Assembly (NCBI GenBank): GCA_964016885.1
Contig: OZ024757.1
Span: forward strand, 10,044,001-10,108,000
Origin: Eledone cirrhosa
Lineage: Eukaryota
DNA: 64,000 bases
Reading direction: 5' to 3'
Both the position numbers and the translations under genes were made by a program. Shown piece by piece: positions 1-12,200 of the stretch (positions are counted from its first letter, which is position 1; the number at the start of each line of letters is the position of its first letter). The notes below the pieces were generated by a model. The model ran no database searches. It saw nothing but the letters and a program-made list of their open reading frames with translations, and was not told the origin of the DNA.

Positions 1-3000
1 GGTTCAGGTAAGTTGGGGTTAAGTTAAGTTGGGGTTAAGTTAAGTTGGGGTTACGTTAAGTTGGGGTTAAGTTAAGTTGGGGTTAAGTTAAGTTGGGATT
101 AAGTCAAGTTGGTGTTAAGTCAAGTTGGGGTTAAGTCAAGTTGGGGTTAAGTCAAGTTGGGGTTAAGTCAAGTTTGGGTTAAGTTAAGTTGGGGTTAAGT
201 TAAGTGGGGGTTAAGTTAACTTGGGGTTAAGTTAAGTTGGGGCTAATTTAAGTTGGTGTTAATTTAAGTTGGGGTTAAGTTAAGTTGGGGTTAAGTTAAG
301 TTGGGGTTAAATTAAGCTGGGGTTAACTTAAGTAGGGGTTAAGTTAAGTTGGGTTAAGTTGGGATTAACTTAAGTTTGGGTTAAGTTAAGTTGGGGTTAA
401 GTTAAGTTCGGATTGAGTCAAGTGTGGGGTTAAGTCAAGTTGGGGTTAAGTCAAGTTGGGTTTAAGTTAAGTTGGGGTTAAGTTAAGTTGGTGTTAAGTT
501 AAGTTGGGGTTAAGTTATGTTGGGGTTAAGGTAAGTTGGGGTTAAGTTAAGTTGGGGTTAAGTTAAGTTGGGGTTACGTTAAGTTGGGGTTAAGTTAAGT
601 TGGGGTTAAGTTAAGTTGGGATTAAGTCAAGTTGGGGTTAATCAAGTTGGGGTTAAGTCAAGTTGGGGTTAAGTCAAGTTTGGGTTAAGTTAAGTTGGGG
701 TTAAGTTAAGTTGGGGTTAAGTTAATTTAGGGGTAATTTAAGTTGGGGTTAGGTTAAGTTGGGGTTAAGGTAAGTTGGGGTTAAGTTAAGTTGGGGTTAA
801 GTTAAGTTGGGGGTAAGTTAAGTTAGGGGTAAGTCAAGTTGGGGTTAAATCAAGTTGGGTTTAAGTTAAGTTGGGGTTCAGTTAAGTTGGGGCTAAGTTA
901 AGTTGGGGTTAAGTTGGGGTTAAGTAAAGTTGGGGTTAAGTTAAGTTGGGGTTAAGTTAAGTTGGGGGTAAGTTAAGTTAGGGGTAATTTAAGTTGGGGT
1001 TAAGTTAAGTTGGGGTTAAGTTAAGTTGGGGTTAAGGTAAGTTGGGGTTAAGTTAAGTTGGGGTTAAGTTAAGTTGGGGTTAAGTTAAGTTGGGTTTAAG
1101 TTAAGTTGGGATTAAATCAAGTTGGGGTTAAGTCAAGTTGGGGTTAAGTCAAGTTGGGGTTAATTCAAGTTGGGGTTAAGTCAAGTTGGGATTAAGTCAA
1201 GTTGGGGTTAAGTCAAGTTGGGGTTAAGTTAAGTTGGGGTTAAGTTAAGTTGGGGTTAAGTTAAGTTGGGTTTAAGTTAAGTTGGGGTTAAGTTAAGTAG
1301 GGGTTAAGTTAAGTTGGGGTTAAGTTGGGGTTAAGTTAAGTTGGGGTTAAGTTAAGTTGGGGTTAATTAAGTTGGGGGTAAGTTAAGTTAGGGGTAAGTT
1401 AAGTTGGGGTTAATTTAAGTTGGGGTTAAGTTAAGTTGGGGTTAAGTTAAGTTGGGGTTAAGTTAAGTTGGGGTTAATTTAAGTTGGGGTTAAGTTAAGT
1501 TGGGGTTAAGGTAAGTTGGGGTTAAGTTAAGTTGGGGTTAAGTTAAGTTGGGGTTACGTTAAGTTGGGGTTAAGTTAAGTTGGGGTTAAGTTAAGTTGGG
1601 ATTAAGTCAAGTTGGTGTTAAGTCAAGTTGGGGTTAAGTCAAGTTGGGGTTAAGTCAAGTTGGGGTTAAGTCAAGTTTGGGTTAAGTTAAGTTGGGGTTA
1701 AGTTAAGTGGGGGTTAAGTTAACTTGGGGTTAAATTAAGTTGGGGCTAATTTAAGTTGGTGTTAATTTAAGTTGGGGTTAAGTTAAGTTGGGGTTAAGTT
1801 AAGTTGGGGTTAAATTAAGCTGGGGTTAACTTAAGTAGGGGTTAAGTTAAGTTGGGTTAAGTTGGGATTAACTTAAGTTTGGGTTAAGTTAAGTTGGGGT
1901 TAAGTTAAGTTCGGATTGAGTCAAGTGTGGGGTTAAGTCAAGTTGGGGTTAAGTCAAGTTGGGTTTAAGTTAAGTTGGGGTTAAGTTAAGTTGGGGTTAA
2001 GTTAAGTTGGTGTTAAGTTAAGTTGGGGTTAAGGTAAGTTGGGGTTAAGTTAAGTTGGGGTTAAGTTAAGTTGGGGTTAAGTTAAGTTGGGTTTAAGTTA
2101 AGTTGGGATTAAGTCAAGTTGGGGTTAAGTCAAGTTGGGGTTAAGTCAAGTTGGGGTTAATTCAAGTTGGGGTTAAGTCAAGTTGGGATTAAGTCAAGTT
2201 GGGGTTAAGTCAAGTTGGGGTTAAGTTAAGTTGGGGTTAAGTTAAGTTGGGGTTAAGTTAAGTTGGGTTTAAATTAAGTTGGTGTTAAGTTAAGTAGGGG
2301 TTAAGTTAAGTTGGGGTTAAGTTGGGTTTAAGTTAAGTTGGGGTTAAGTTAAGTTGGGTTAAGTTAAGTTGGGGTTAATTAAGTTGGGGGTAAGTTAAGT
2401 TAGGGGTAAGTTAAGTTGGGGTTAATTTAAGTTGGGGTTAAGTTAAGTTGGGGATAAGTTAAGTTGGGGTTAATTTAAGTTGGGGTTAAGTTATGTTGGG
2501 GTTCAGGTAAGTTGGGGTTAAGTTAAGTTGGGGTTAAGTTAAGTTGGGGTTACGTTAAGTTGGGGTTAAGTTAAGTTGGGGTTAAGTTAAGTTGGGATTA
2601 AGTCAAGTTGGGGTTAATCAAGTTGGGGTTAAGTCAAGTTGGGGTTAAGTCAAGTTTGGGTTAAGTTAAGTTGGGGTTAAGTTAAGTTGGGGTTAAGTTA
2701 ATGTAGGGGTAATTTAAGTTGGGGTTAGGTTAAGTTGGGGTTAAGGTAAGTTGGGGTTAAGTTAAGTTGGGGTTAAGTTAAGTTGGGGGTAAGTTAAGTT
2801 AGGGGTAAGTCAAGTTGGGGTTAAATCAAGTTGGGTTTAAGTTAAGTTGGGGTTCAGTTAAGTTGGGGCTAAGTTAAGTTGGGGTTAAGTTAAGTTGGGG
2901 TTAAGTTAAGTTGGGGTTAAGGTAAGTTGGGGTTAAGTTAAGTTGGGGTTAAGTTAAGTTGGGGGTAAGTTAAGTTGGGATTAAGTCAAGTTGGGGTTAA

Positions 3001-3656
3001 GTCAAGTTGGGGTTAAGTCAAGTTGGGGTTAATTCAAGTTGGGGTTAAGTCAAGTTGGGATTAAGTCAAGTTGGGGTTAAGTCAAGTTGGGGTTAAGTTA
3101 AGTTGGGGTTAAGTTAAGTTGGGGTTAAGTTAAGTTGGGTTTAAGTTAAGTTGGGGTTAAGTTAAGTAGGGGTTAAGTTAAGTTGGGGTTAAGTTGGGGT
3201 TAAGTTAAGTTGGGGTTAAGTTAAGTTGGGTTAAGTTAAGTTGGGGTTAATTAAGTTGGGGGTAAGTTAAGTTAGGGGTAAGTTAAGTTGGGGTTAATTT
3301 AAGTTGGGGTTAAGTTAAGTTGGGGATAAGTTAAGTTGGGGTTAATTTAAGTTGGGGTTAAGTTATGTTGGGGTTAAGGTAAGTTGGGGTTAAGTTAAGT
3401 TGGGGTTAAGTTAAGTTGGGGTTACGTTAAGTTGGGGTTAAGTTAAGTTGGGGTTAAGTTAAGTTGGGATTAAGTCAAGTTGGGGTTAATCAAGTTGGGG
3501 TTAAGTCAAGTTGGGGTTAAGTCAAGTTTGGGTTAAGTTAAGTTGGGGTTAAGTTAAGTTGGGGTTAAGTTAATTTAGGGGTAATTTAAGTTGGGGTTAG
3601 GTTAAGTTGGGGTTAAGGTAAGTTGGGGTTAAGTTAAGTTGGGGTTAAGTTAAGTT

Positions 3657-4030
3657 GGGGGTAAGTTAAGTTAGGGGTAAGTCAAGTTGGGGTTAAATCA
3701 AGTTGGGTTTAAGTTAAGTTGGGGTTCAGTTAAGTTGGGGCTAAGTTAAGTTGGGGTTAAGTTGGGGTTAAGTTAAGTTGGGGTTAAGTTAAGTTGGGGT
3801 TAAGGTAAGTTGGGGTTAAGTTAAGTTGGGGTTAAGTTAAGTTGGGGGTAAGTTAAGTTAGGGGTAAGTCAAGTTGGGGTTAAATCAAGTTGGGTTTAAG
3901 TTAAGTTGGGGTTCAGTTAAGTTGGGGCTAAGTTAAGTTGGGGTTAAGTTGGGGTTAAGTAAAGTTGGGGTTAAGTTAAGTTGGGGTTAAGTTAAGTTGG
4001 GGTTAAGTTAAGTTGGGGTTAAGTTAAGTT
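3657..4030 (+). repeat. 187-bp tandem doublet (11 x 16 bp + one 11-bp monomer); representative copy
   Basis: The block GGGGGTAAG..TAGGGGTAAGTCAAG..AAATCAAG..GGGTTT..TTCAG..GGGGCT..11-mer occurs twice in tandem. The C of TTCAG lies at 3727/3914, 4792/4979, 7936/8123 and 12193/12380, each pair 187 apart. Confidence 0.9.
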
Positions 4031-7000
4031 GGGGGTAATTTAAGTTGGGATTAAGTCAAGTTGGGGTTAAGTCAAGTTGGGGTTAAGTCAAGTTGGGGTT
4101 AATTCAAGTTGGGGTTAAGTCAAGTTGGGATTAAGTCAAGTTGGGGTTAAGTCAAGTTGGGGTTAAGTTAAGTTGGGGTTAAGTTAAGTTGGGGTTAAGT
4201 TAAGTTGGGTTTAAGTTAAGTTGGGGTTAAGTTAAGTAGGGGTTAAGTTAAGTTGGGGTTAAGTTGGGGTTAAGTTGGGGTTAAGTTAAGTTGGGGTTAA
4301 GTTAAGTTGGGTTAAGTTAAGTTGGGGTTAATTAAGTTGGGGGTAAGTTAAGTTAGGGGTAAGTTAAGTTGGGGTTAATTTAAGTTGGGGTTAAGTTAAG
4401 TTGGGGATAAGTTAAGTTGGGGTTAATTTAAGTTGGGGTTAAGTTATGTTGGGGTTAAGGTAAGTTGGGGTTAAGTTAAGTTGGGGTTAAGTTAAGTTGG
4501 GGTTACGTTAAGTTGGGGTTAAGTTAAGTTGGGGTTAAGTTAAGTTGGGATTAAGTCAAGTTGGGGTTAATCAAGTTGGGGTTAAGTCAAGTTGGGGTTA
4601 AGTCAAGTTTGGGTTAAGTTAAGTTGGGGTTAAGTTAAGTTGGGGTTAAGTTAATTTAGGGGTAATTTAAGTTGGGGTTAGGTTAAGTTGGGGTTAAGGT
4701 AAGTTGGGGTTAAGTTAAGTTGGGGGTAAGTTAAGTTAGGGGTAAGTCAAGTTGGGGTTAAATCAAGTTGGGTTTAAGTTAAGTTGGGGTTCAGTTAAGT
4801 TGGGGCTAAGTTAAGTTGGGGTTAAGTTGGGGTTAAGTTAAGTTGGGGTTAAGTTAAGTTGGGGTTAAGGTAAGTTGGGGTTAAGTTAAGTTGGGGTTAA
4901 GTTAAGTTGGGGGTAAGTTAAGTTAGGGGTAAGTCAAGTTGGGGTTAAATCAAGTTGGGTTTAAGTTAAGTTGGGGTTCAGTTAAGTTGGGGCTAAGTTA
5001 AGTTGGGGTTAAGTTGGGGTTAAGTAAAGTTGGGGTTAAGTTAAGTTGGGGTTAAGTTAAGTTGGGGGTAAGTTAAGTTAGGGGTAATTTAAGTTGGGGT
5101 TAAGTTAAGTTGGGGTTAAGTTAAGTTGGGGTTAAGGTAAGTTGGGGTTAAGTTAAGTTGGGGTTAAGTTAAGTTGGGGTTAAGTTAAGTTGGGTTTAAG
5201 TTAAGTTGGGATTAAATCAAGTTGGGGTTAAGTCAAGTTGGGGTTAAGTCAAGTTGGGGTTAATTCAAGTTGGGGTTAAGTCAAGTTGGGATTAAGTCAA
5301 GTTGGGGTTAAGTCAAGTTGGGGTTAAGTTAAGTTGGGGTTAAGTTAAGTTGGGGTTAAGTTAAGTTGGGTTTAAGTTAAGTTGGGGTTAAGTTAAGTAG
5401 GGGTTAAGTTAAGTTGGGGTTAAGTTGGGGTTAAGTTAAGTTGGGGTTAAGTTAAGTTGGGGTTAATTAAGTTGGGGGTAAGTTAAGTTAGGGGTAAGTT
5501 AAGTTGGGGTTAATTTAAGTTGGGGTTAAGTTAAGTTGGGGTTAAGTTAAGTTGGGGTTAAGTTAAGTTGGGGTTAATTTAAGTTGGGGTTAAGTTAAGT
5601 TGGGGTTAAGGTAAGTTGGGGTTAAGTTAAGTTGGGGTTAAGTTAAGTTGGGGTTACGTTAAGTTGGGGTTAAGTTAAGTTGGGGTTAAGTTAAGTTGGG
5701 ATTAAGTCAAGTTGGTGTTAAGTCAAGTTGGGGTTAAGTCAAGTTGGGGTTAAGTCAAGTTGGGGTTAAGTCAAGTTTGGGTTAAGTTAAGTTGGGGTTA
5801 AGTTAAGTGGGGGTTAAGTTAACTTGGGGTTAAGTTAAGTTGGGGCTAATTTAAGTTGGTGTTAATTTAAGTTGGGGTTAAGTTAAGTTGGGGTTAAGTT
5901 AAGTTGGGGTTAAATTAAGCTGGGGTTAACTTAAGTAGGGGTTAAGTTAAGTTGGGTTAAGTTGGGATTAACTTAAGTTTGGGTTAATTTAAGTTGGGGT
6001 TAAGTTAAGTTCGGATTGAGTCAAGTGTGGGGTTAAGTCAAGTTGGGGTTAAGTCAAGTTGGGTTTAAGTTAAGTTGGGGTTAAGTTAAGTTGGGGTTAA
6101 GTTAAGTTGGTGTTAAGTTAAGTTGGGGTTAAGTTAAGTTGGGGTTAAGTTAATATGGGGTTAAGTTAAGTTGGGGTTAAGTTAAGTTGGGGTTAAGTCA
6201 AGTTGGGGTTAAGTCAAGTTGGGGTTAAGTTAAGTTGGGGTTAAGTTAAGTTGGGGTTAAGTTAAGTTGGGGGTAAGTTAATTAAGTCGGGGGTAATTTA
6301 AGTTGGGGGTAAGTTAAGCTGGGGTTAAGTTAAATTGGGGTTAAGTTAAGTTGGGGTTAAGTTAAGTAGGGGTTAAGTTAAGTTGGGGTTAAGTTGGGGT
6401 TAAGTTAAGTTGGGGTTAAGTTAATTTGGGGTTAAGTTAAGTTGGGGTTAAGTTGGGGTTAAGTTAAGTTGGGGTTAAGTTAAGTTGGGGTTAAGTTAAG
6501 TTGGGGGTAAGTTAAGTTAGGGGTAATTTAAGTTGGGGTTAAGTTAAGTTGGGGTTAAGTTAAGTTGGGGTTAAGGTAAGTTGGGGTTAAGTTAAGTTGG
6601 GGTTAAGTTAAGTTGGGGTTAAGTTAAGTTGGGTTTAAGTTAAGTTGGGATTAAATCAAGTTGGGGTTAAGTCAAGTTGGGGTTAAGTCAAGTTGGGGTT
6701 AATTCAAGTTGGGGTTAAGTCAAGTTGGGATTAAGTCATGTTGGGGTTAAGTCAAGTTGGGGTTAAGTTAAGTTGAGGTTAAGTTAAGTTGGGGTTAAGT
6801 TAAGTTGGGTTTAAGTTAAGTTGGGGTTAAGTTAAGTAGGGGTTAAGTTAAGTTGGGGTTAAGTTGGGGTTAAGTTAAGTTGGGGTTAAGTTAAGTTGGG
6901 TTAAGTTAAGTTGGGGTTAATTAAGTTGGGGGTAAGTTAAGTTAGGGGTAAGTTAAGTTGGGGTTAATTTAAGTTGGGGTTAAGTTAAGTTGGGGTTAAG

Positions 7001-9269
7001 TTAAGTTGGGGTTAAGTTAAGTTGGGGTTAATTTAAGTTGGGGTTAAGTTAAGTTGGGGTTCAGGTAAGTTGGGGTTAAGTTAAGTTGGGGTTAAGTTAA
7101 GTTGGGGTTACGTTAAGTTGGGGTTAAGTTAAGTTGGGGTTAAGTTAAGTTGGGATTAAGTCAAGTTGGTGTTAAGTCAAGTTGGGGTTAAGTCAAGTTG
7201 GGGTTAAGTCAAGTTGGGGTTAAGTCAAGTTTGGGTTAAGTTAAGTTGGGGTTAAGTTAAGTGGGGGTTAAGTTAACTTGGGGTTAAGTTAAGTTGGGGC
7301 TAATTTAAGTTGGTGTTAATTTAAGTTGGGGTTAAGTTAAGTTGGGGTTAAGTTAAGTTGGGGTTAAATTAAGCTGGGGTTAACTTAAGTAGGGGTTAAG
7401 TTAAGTTGGGTTAAGTTGGGATTAACTTAAGTTTGGGTTAAGTTAAGTTGGGGTTAAGTTAAGTTCGGATTGAGTCAAGTGTGGGGTTAAGTCAAGTTGG
7501 GGTTAAGTCAAGTTGGGTTTAAGTTAAGTTGGGGTTAAGTTAAGTTGGTGTTAAGTTAAGTTGGGGTTAAGTTATGTTGGGGTTAAGGTAAGTTGGGGTT
7601 AAGTTAAGTTGGGGTTAAGTTAAGTTGGGGTTACGTTAAGTTGGGGTTAAGTTAAGTTGGGGTTAAGTTAAGTTGGGATTAAGTCAAGTTGGGGTTAATC
7701 AAGTTGGGGTTAAGTCAAGTTGGGGTTAAGTCAAGTTTGGGTTAAGTTAAGTTGGGGTTAAGTTAAGTTGGGGTTAAGTTAATTTAGGGGTAATTTAAGT
7801 TGGGGTTAGGTTAAGTTGGGGTTAAGGTAAGTTGGGGTTAAGTTAAGTTGGGGTTAAGTTAAGTTGGGGGTAAGTTAAGTTAGGGGTAAGTCAAGTTGGG
7901 GTTAAATCAAGTTGGGTTTAAGTTAAGTTGGGGTTCAGTTAAGTTGGGGCTAAGTTAAGTTGGGGTTAAGTTGGGGTTAAGTTAAGTTGGGGTTAAGTTA
8001 AGTTGGGGTTAAGGTAAGTTGGGGTTAAGTTAAGTTGGGGTTAAGTTAAGTTGGGGGTAAGTTAAGTTAGGGGTAAGTCAAATTGGGGTTAAATCAAGTT
8101 GGGTTTAAGTTAAGTTGGGGTTCAGTTAAGTTGGGGCTAAGTTAAGTTGGGGTTAAGTTGGGGTTAAGTAAAGTTGGGGTTAAGTTAAGTTGGGGTTAAG
8201 TTAAGTTGGGGGTAAGTTAAGTTAGGGGTAATTTAAGTTGGGGTTAAGTTAAGTTGGGGTTAAGTTAAGTTGGGGTTAAGGTAAGTTGGGGTTAAGTTAA
8301 GTTGGGGTTAAGTTAAGTTGGGGTTAAGTTAAGTTGGGTTTAAGTTAAGTTGGGATTAAATCAAGTTGGGGTTAAGTCAAGTTGGGGTTAAGTCAAGTTG
8401 GGGTTAATTCAAGTTGGGGTTAAGTCAAGTTGGGATTAAGTCAAGTTGGGGTTAAGTCAAGTTGGGGTTAAGTTAAGTTGGGGTTAAGTTAAGTTGGGGT
8501 TAAGTTAAGTTGGGTTTAAGTTAAGTTGGGGTTAAGTTAAGTAGGGGTTAAGTTAAGTTGGGGTTAAGTTGGGGTTAAGTTAAGTTGGGGTTAAGTTAAG
8601 TTGGGGTTAATTAAGTTGGGGGTAAGTTAAGTTAGGGGTAAGTTAAGTTGGGGTTAATTTAAGTTGGGGTTAAGTTAAGTTGGGGTTAAGTTAAGTTGGG
8701 GTTAAGTTAAGTTGGGGTTAAGTTAAGTTGGGGTTAAGTTAAGTTGGGATTAAGTCAAGTTGGTGTTAAGTCAAGTTGGGGTTAAGTCAAGTTGGGGTTA
8801 AGTCAAGTTGGGGTTAAGTCAAGTTTGGGTTAAGTTAAGTTGGGGTTAAGTTAAGTGGGGGTTAAGTTAACTTGGGGTTAAATTAAGTTGGGGCTAATTT
8901 AAGTTGGTGTTAATTTAAGTTGGGGTTAAGTTAAGTTGGGGTTAAGTTAAGTTGGGGTTAAATTAAGCTGGGGTTAACTTAAGTAGGGGTTAAGTTAAGT
9001 TGGGTTAAGTTGGGATTAACTTAAGTTTGGGTTAAGTTAAGTTGGGGTTAAGTTAAGTTCGGATTGAGTCAAGTGTGGGGTTAAGTCAAGTTGGGGTTAA
9101 GTCAAGTTGGGTTTAAGTTAAGTTGGGGTTAAGTTAAGTTGGGGTTAAGTTAAGTTGGTGTTAAGTTAAGTTGGGGTTAAGTTAAGTTGGGGTTAAGTTA
9201 ATATGGGGTTAAGTTAAGTTGGGGTTAAGTTAAGTTGGGGTTAAGTCAAGTTGGGGTTAAGTCAAGTTG

Positions 9270-12200
9270 GGGTTAAGTTAAGTTGGGGTTAAGTTAAGTT
9301 GGGGTTAAGTTAAGTTGGGGGTAAGTTAATTAAGTCGGGGGTAATTTAAGTTGGGGGTAAGTTAAGCTGGGGTTAAGTTAAATTGGGGTTAAGTTAAGTT
9401 GGGGTTAAGTTAAGTAGGGGTTAAGTTAAGTTGGGGTTAAGTTGGGGTTAAGTTAAGTTGGGGTTAAGTTAATTTGGGGTTAAGTTAAGTTGGGGTTAAG
9501 TTGGGGTTAAGTTAAGTTGGGGTTAAGTTAAGTTGGGGTTAAGTTAAGTTGGGGGTAAGTTAAGTTAGGGGTAATTTAAGTTGGGGTTAAGTTAAGTGGG
9601 GGTTAAGTTAAGTTGGGGTTAAGGTAAGTTGGGGTTAAGTTAAGTTGGGGTTAAGTTAAGTTGGGGTTAAGTTAAGTTGGGTTTAAATTAAGTTGGGATT
9701 AAATCAAGTTGGGGTTAAGTCAAGTTGGGGTTAAGTCAAGTTGGGGTTAATTCAAGTTGGGGTTAAGTCAAGTTGGGATTAAGTCATGTTGGGGTTAAGT
9801 CAAGTTGGGGTTAAGTTAAGTTGAGGTTAAGTTAAGTTGGGGTTAAGTTAAGTTGGGTTTAAGTTAAGTTGGGGTTAAGTTAAGTAGGGGTTAAGTTAAG
9901 TTGGGGTTAAGTTGGGGTTAAGTTAAGTTGGGGTTAAGTTAAGTTGGGTTAAGTTAAGTTGGGGTTAATTAAGTTGGGGGTAAGTTAAGTTAGGGGTAAG
10001 TTAAGTTGGGGTTAATTTAAGTTGGGGTTAAGTTAAGTTGGGGTTAAGTTAAGTTGGGGTTAAGTTAAGTTGGGGTTAATTTAAGTTGGGGTTAAGTTAA
10101 GTTGGGGTTCAGGTAAGTTGGGGTTAAGTTAAGTTGGGGTTAAGTTAAGTTGGGGTTACGTTAAGTTGGGGTTAAGTTAAGTTGGGGTTAAGTTAAGTTG
10201 GGATTAAGTCAAGTTGGTGTTAAGTCAAGTTGGGGTTAAGTCAAGTTGGGGTTAAGTCAAGTTGGGGTTAAGTCAAGTTTGGGTTAAGTTAAGTTGGGGT
10301 TAAGTTAAGTGGGGGTTAAGTTAACTTGGGGTTAAGTTAAGTTGGGGCTAATTTAAGTTGGTGTTAATTTAAGTTGGGGTTAAGTTAAGTTGGGGTTAAG
10401 TTAAGTTGGGGTTAAATTAAGCTGGGGTTAACTTAAGTAGGGGTTAAGTTAAGTTGGGTTAAGTTGGGATTAACTTAAGTTTGGGTTAAGTTAAGTTGGG
10501 GTTAAGTTAAGTTCGGATTGAGTCAAGTGTGGGGTTAAGTCAAGTTGGGGTTAAGTCAAGTTGGGTTTAAGTTAAGTTGGGGTTAAGTTAAGTTGGTGTT
10601 AAGTTAAGTTGGGGTTAAGTTAAGTTGGGGTTAAGTTAATATGGGGTTAAGTTAAGTTGGGGTTAAGTTAAGTTGGGGTTAAGTCAAGTTGGGGTTAAGT
10701 CAAGTTGGGGTTAAGTTAAGTTGGGGTTAAGTTAAGTTGGGGTTAAGTTAAGTTGGGGGTAAGTTAATTAAGTCGGGGGTAATTTAAGTTGGGGGTAAGT
10801 TAAGCTGGGGTTAAGTTAAATTGGGGTTAAGTTAAGTTGGGGTTAAGTTAAGTAGGGGTTAAGTTAAGTTGGGGTTAAGTTGGGGTTAAGTTAAGTTGGG
10901 GTTAAGTTAATTTGGGGTTAAGTTAAGTTGGGGTTAAGTTAAGTTGGGGTTAAGTTAAGTTGGGGGTAAGTTAAGTTAGGGGTAAGTTAAGTTGCGGTTA
11001 AGTTAAGTTGGGGTTAAGTTAAGTTGGGGATAAGTTAAGTTGGGGTTAATTTAAGTTGGGGTTAAGTTAAGTTGGGGTTAAGGTAAGTTGGGGTTAAGTT
11101 AAGTTGGGGTTAAGTTAAGTTGGGGTTAAGTTAAGTTGGGGTTAAGTTAAGTTGGGGTTAAGTTAAGTTGGGATTAAGTCAAGTTGGGGTTAAGTCAAGT
11201 TGGGGTTAAGTCAAGTTGGGGTTAAGTCAAGTTTGGGTTAAGTTAAGTTGGGGTTAAGTTAAGTTGGGGTTAAGTTAAGTTGGGGTAAGTTAAGTTGGAA
11301 TTAAGTCAAGTTGGGGTTAAATCAAGTTGGGGTTAAGTCAAGTTGGGTTTAAGTTTAGTTGGGGTTCAGTTAAGTTGGGGCTAAGTTAAGTTGGGGTTAA
11401 GTTGGGGTTAAGTTAAGTTGGGGTTAAATCAAGTTGGGGTTAACTCAAGTTGGGGTTAAGTCAAGTTGGGGTTAAGTCAAGTTGGGATTAAGTCAAGTTG
11501 GGGTTAAGTCAAGTTGGGGTTAAGTTAAGTTGGGGTTAAGTTAAGTTGGGGTTAAGTTAAGTTGGGGTTAAATTAAGTTGGGGGTAAGTTAATTAAGTCG
11601 GGGGTAATTTAAGTTGGGGGTAAGTTAAGCTGGGGTTAAGTTAAGTTGGGGTTAAGTTAAGTTGGGGTTAAGTTAAGTAGGGGTTAAGTTAAGTTGGGGT
11701 TAAGTTGGGGTTAAGTTAAGTTGGGGTTAAGTTAATTTGGGGTTAAGTTAAGTTGGGGTTAAGTTAAGTTGGGGTTAAGTTAAGTTGGGGATAAGTTAAG
11801 TTGGGGTTAATTTAAGTTGGGGTTAAGTTATGTTGGGGTTAAGGTAAGTTGGGGTTAAGTTAAGTTGGGGTTAAGTTAAGTTGGGGTTACGTTAAGTTGG
11901 GGTTAAGTTAAGTTGGGGTTAAGTTAAGTTGGGATTAAGTCAAGTTGGGGTTAAGTCAAGTTGGGGTTAAGTCAAGTTGGGGTTAAATCAAGTTTGGGTT
12001 AAGTTAAGTTGGGGTTAAGTTAAGTTGGGGTTAAGTTAATTTAGGGGTAATTTAAGTTGGGGTTAGGTTAAGTTGGGGTTAAGGTAAGTTGGGGTTAAGT
12101 TAAGTTGGGGTTAAGTTAAGTTGGGGGTAAGTTAAGTTAGGGGTAAGTCAAGTTGGGGTTAAATCAAGTTGGGTTTAAGTTAAGTTGGGGTTCAGTTAAG

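Noticed and set aside
361-380. Palindromes AACTTAAGTT, TTAATTAA and GTTAAC as operator sites or hairpins/terminators
   Set aside because: Each arises from a single change in a TTAA-rich monomer, is 10 bp or shorter, and has no associated gene.
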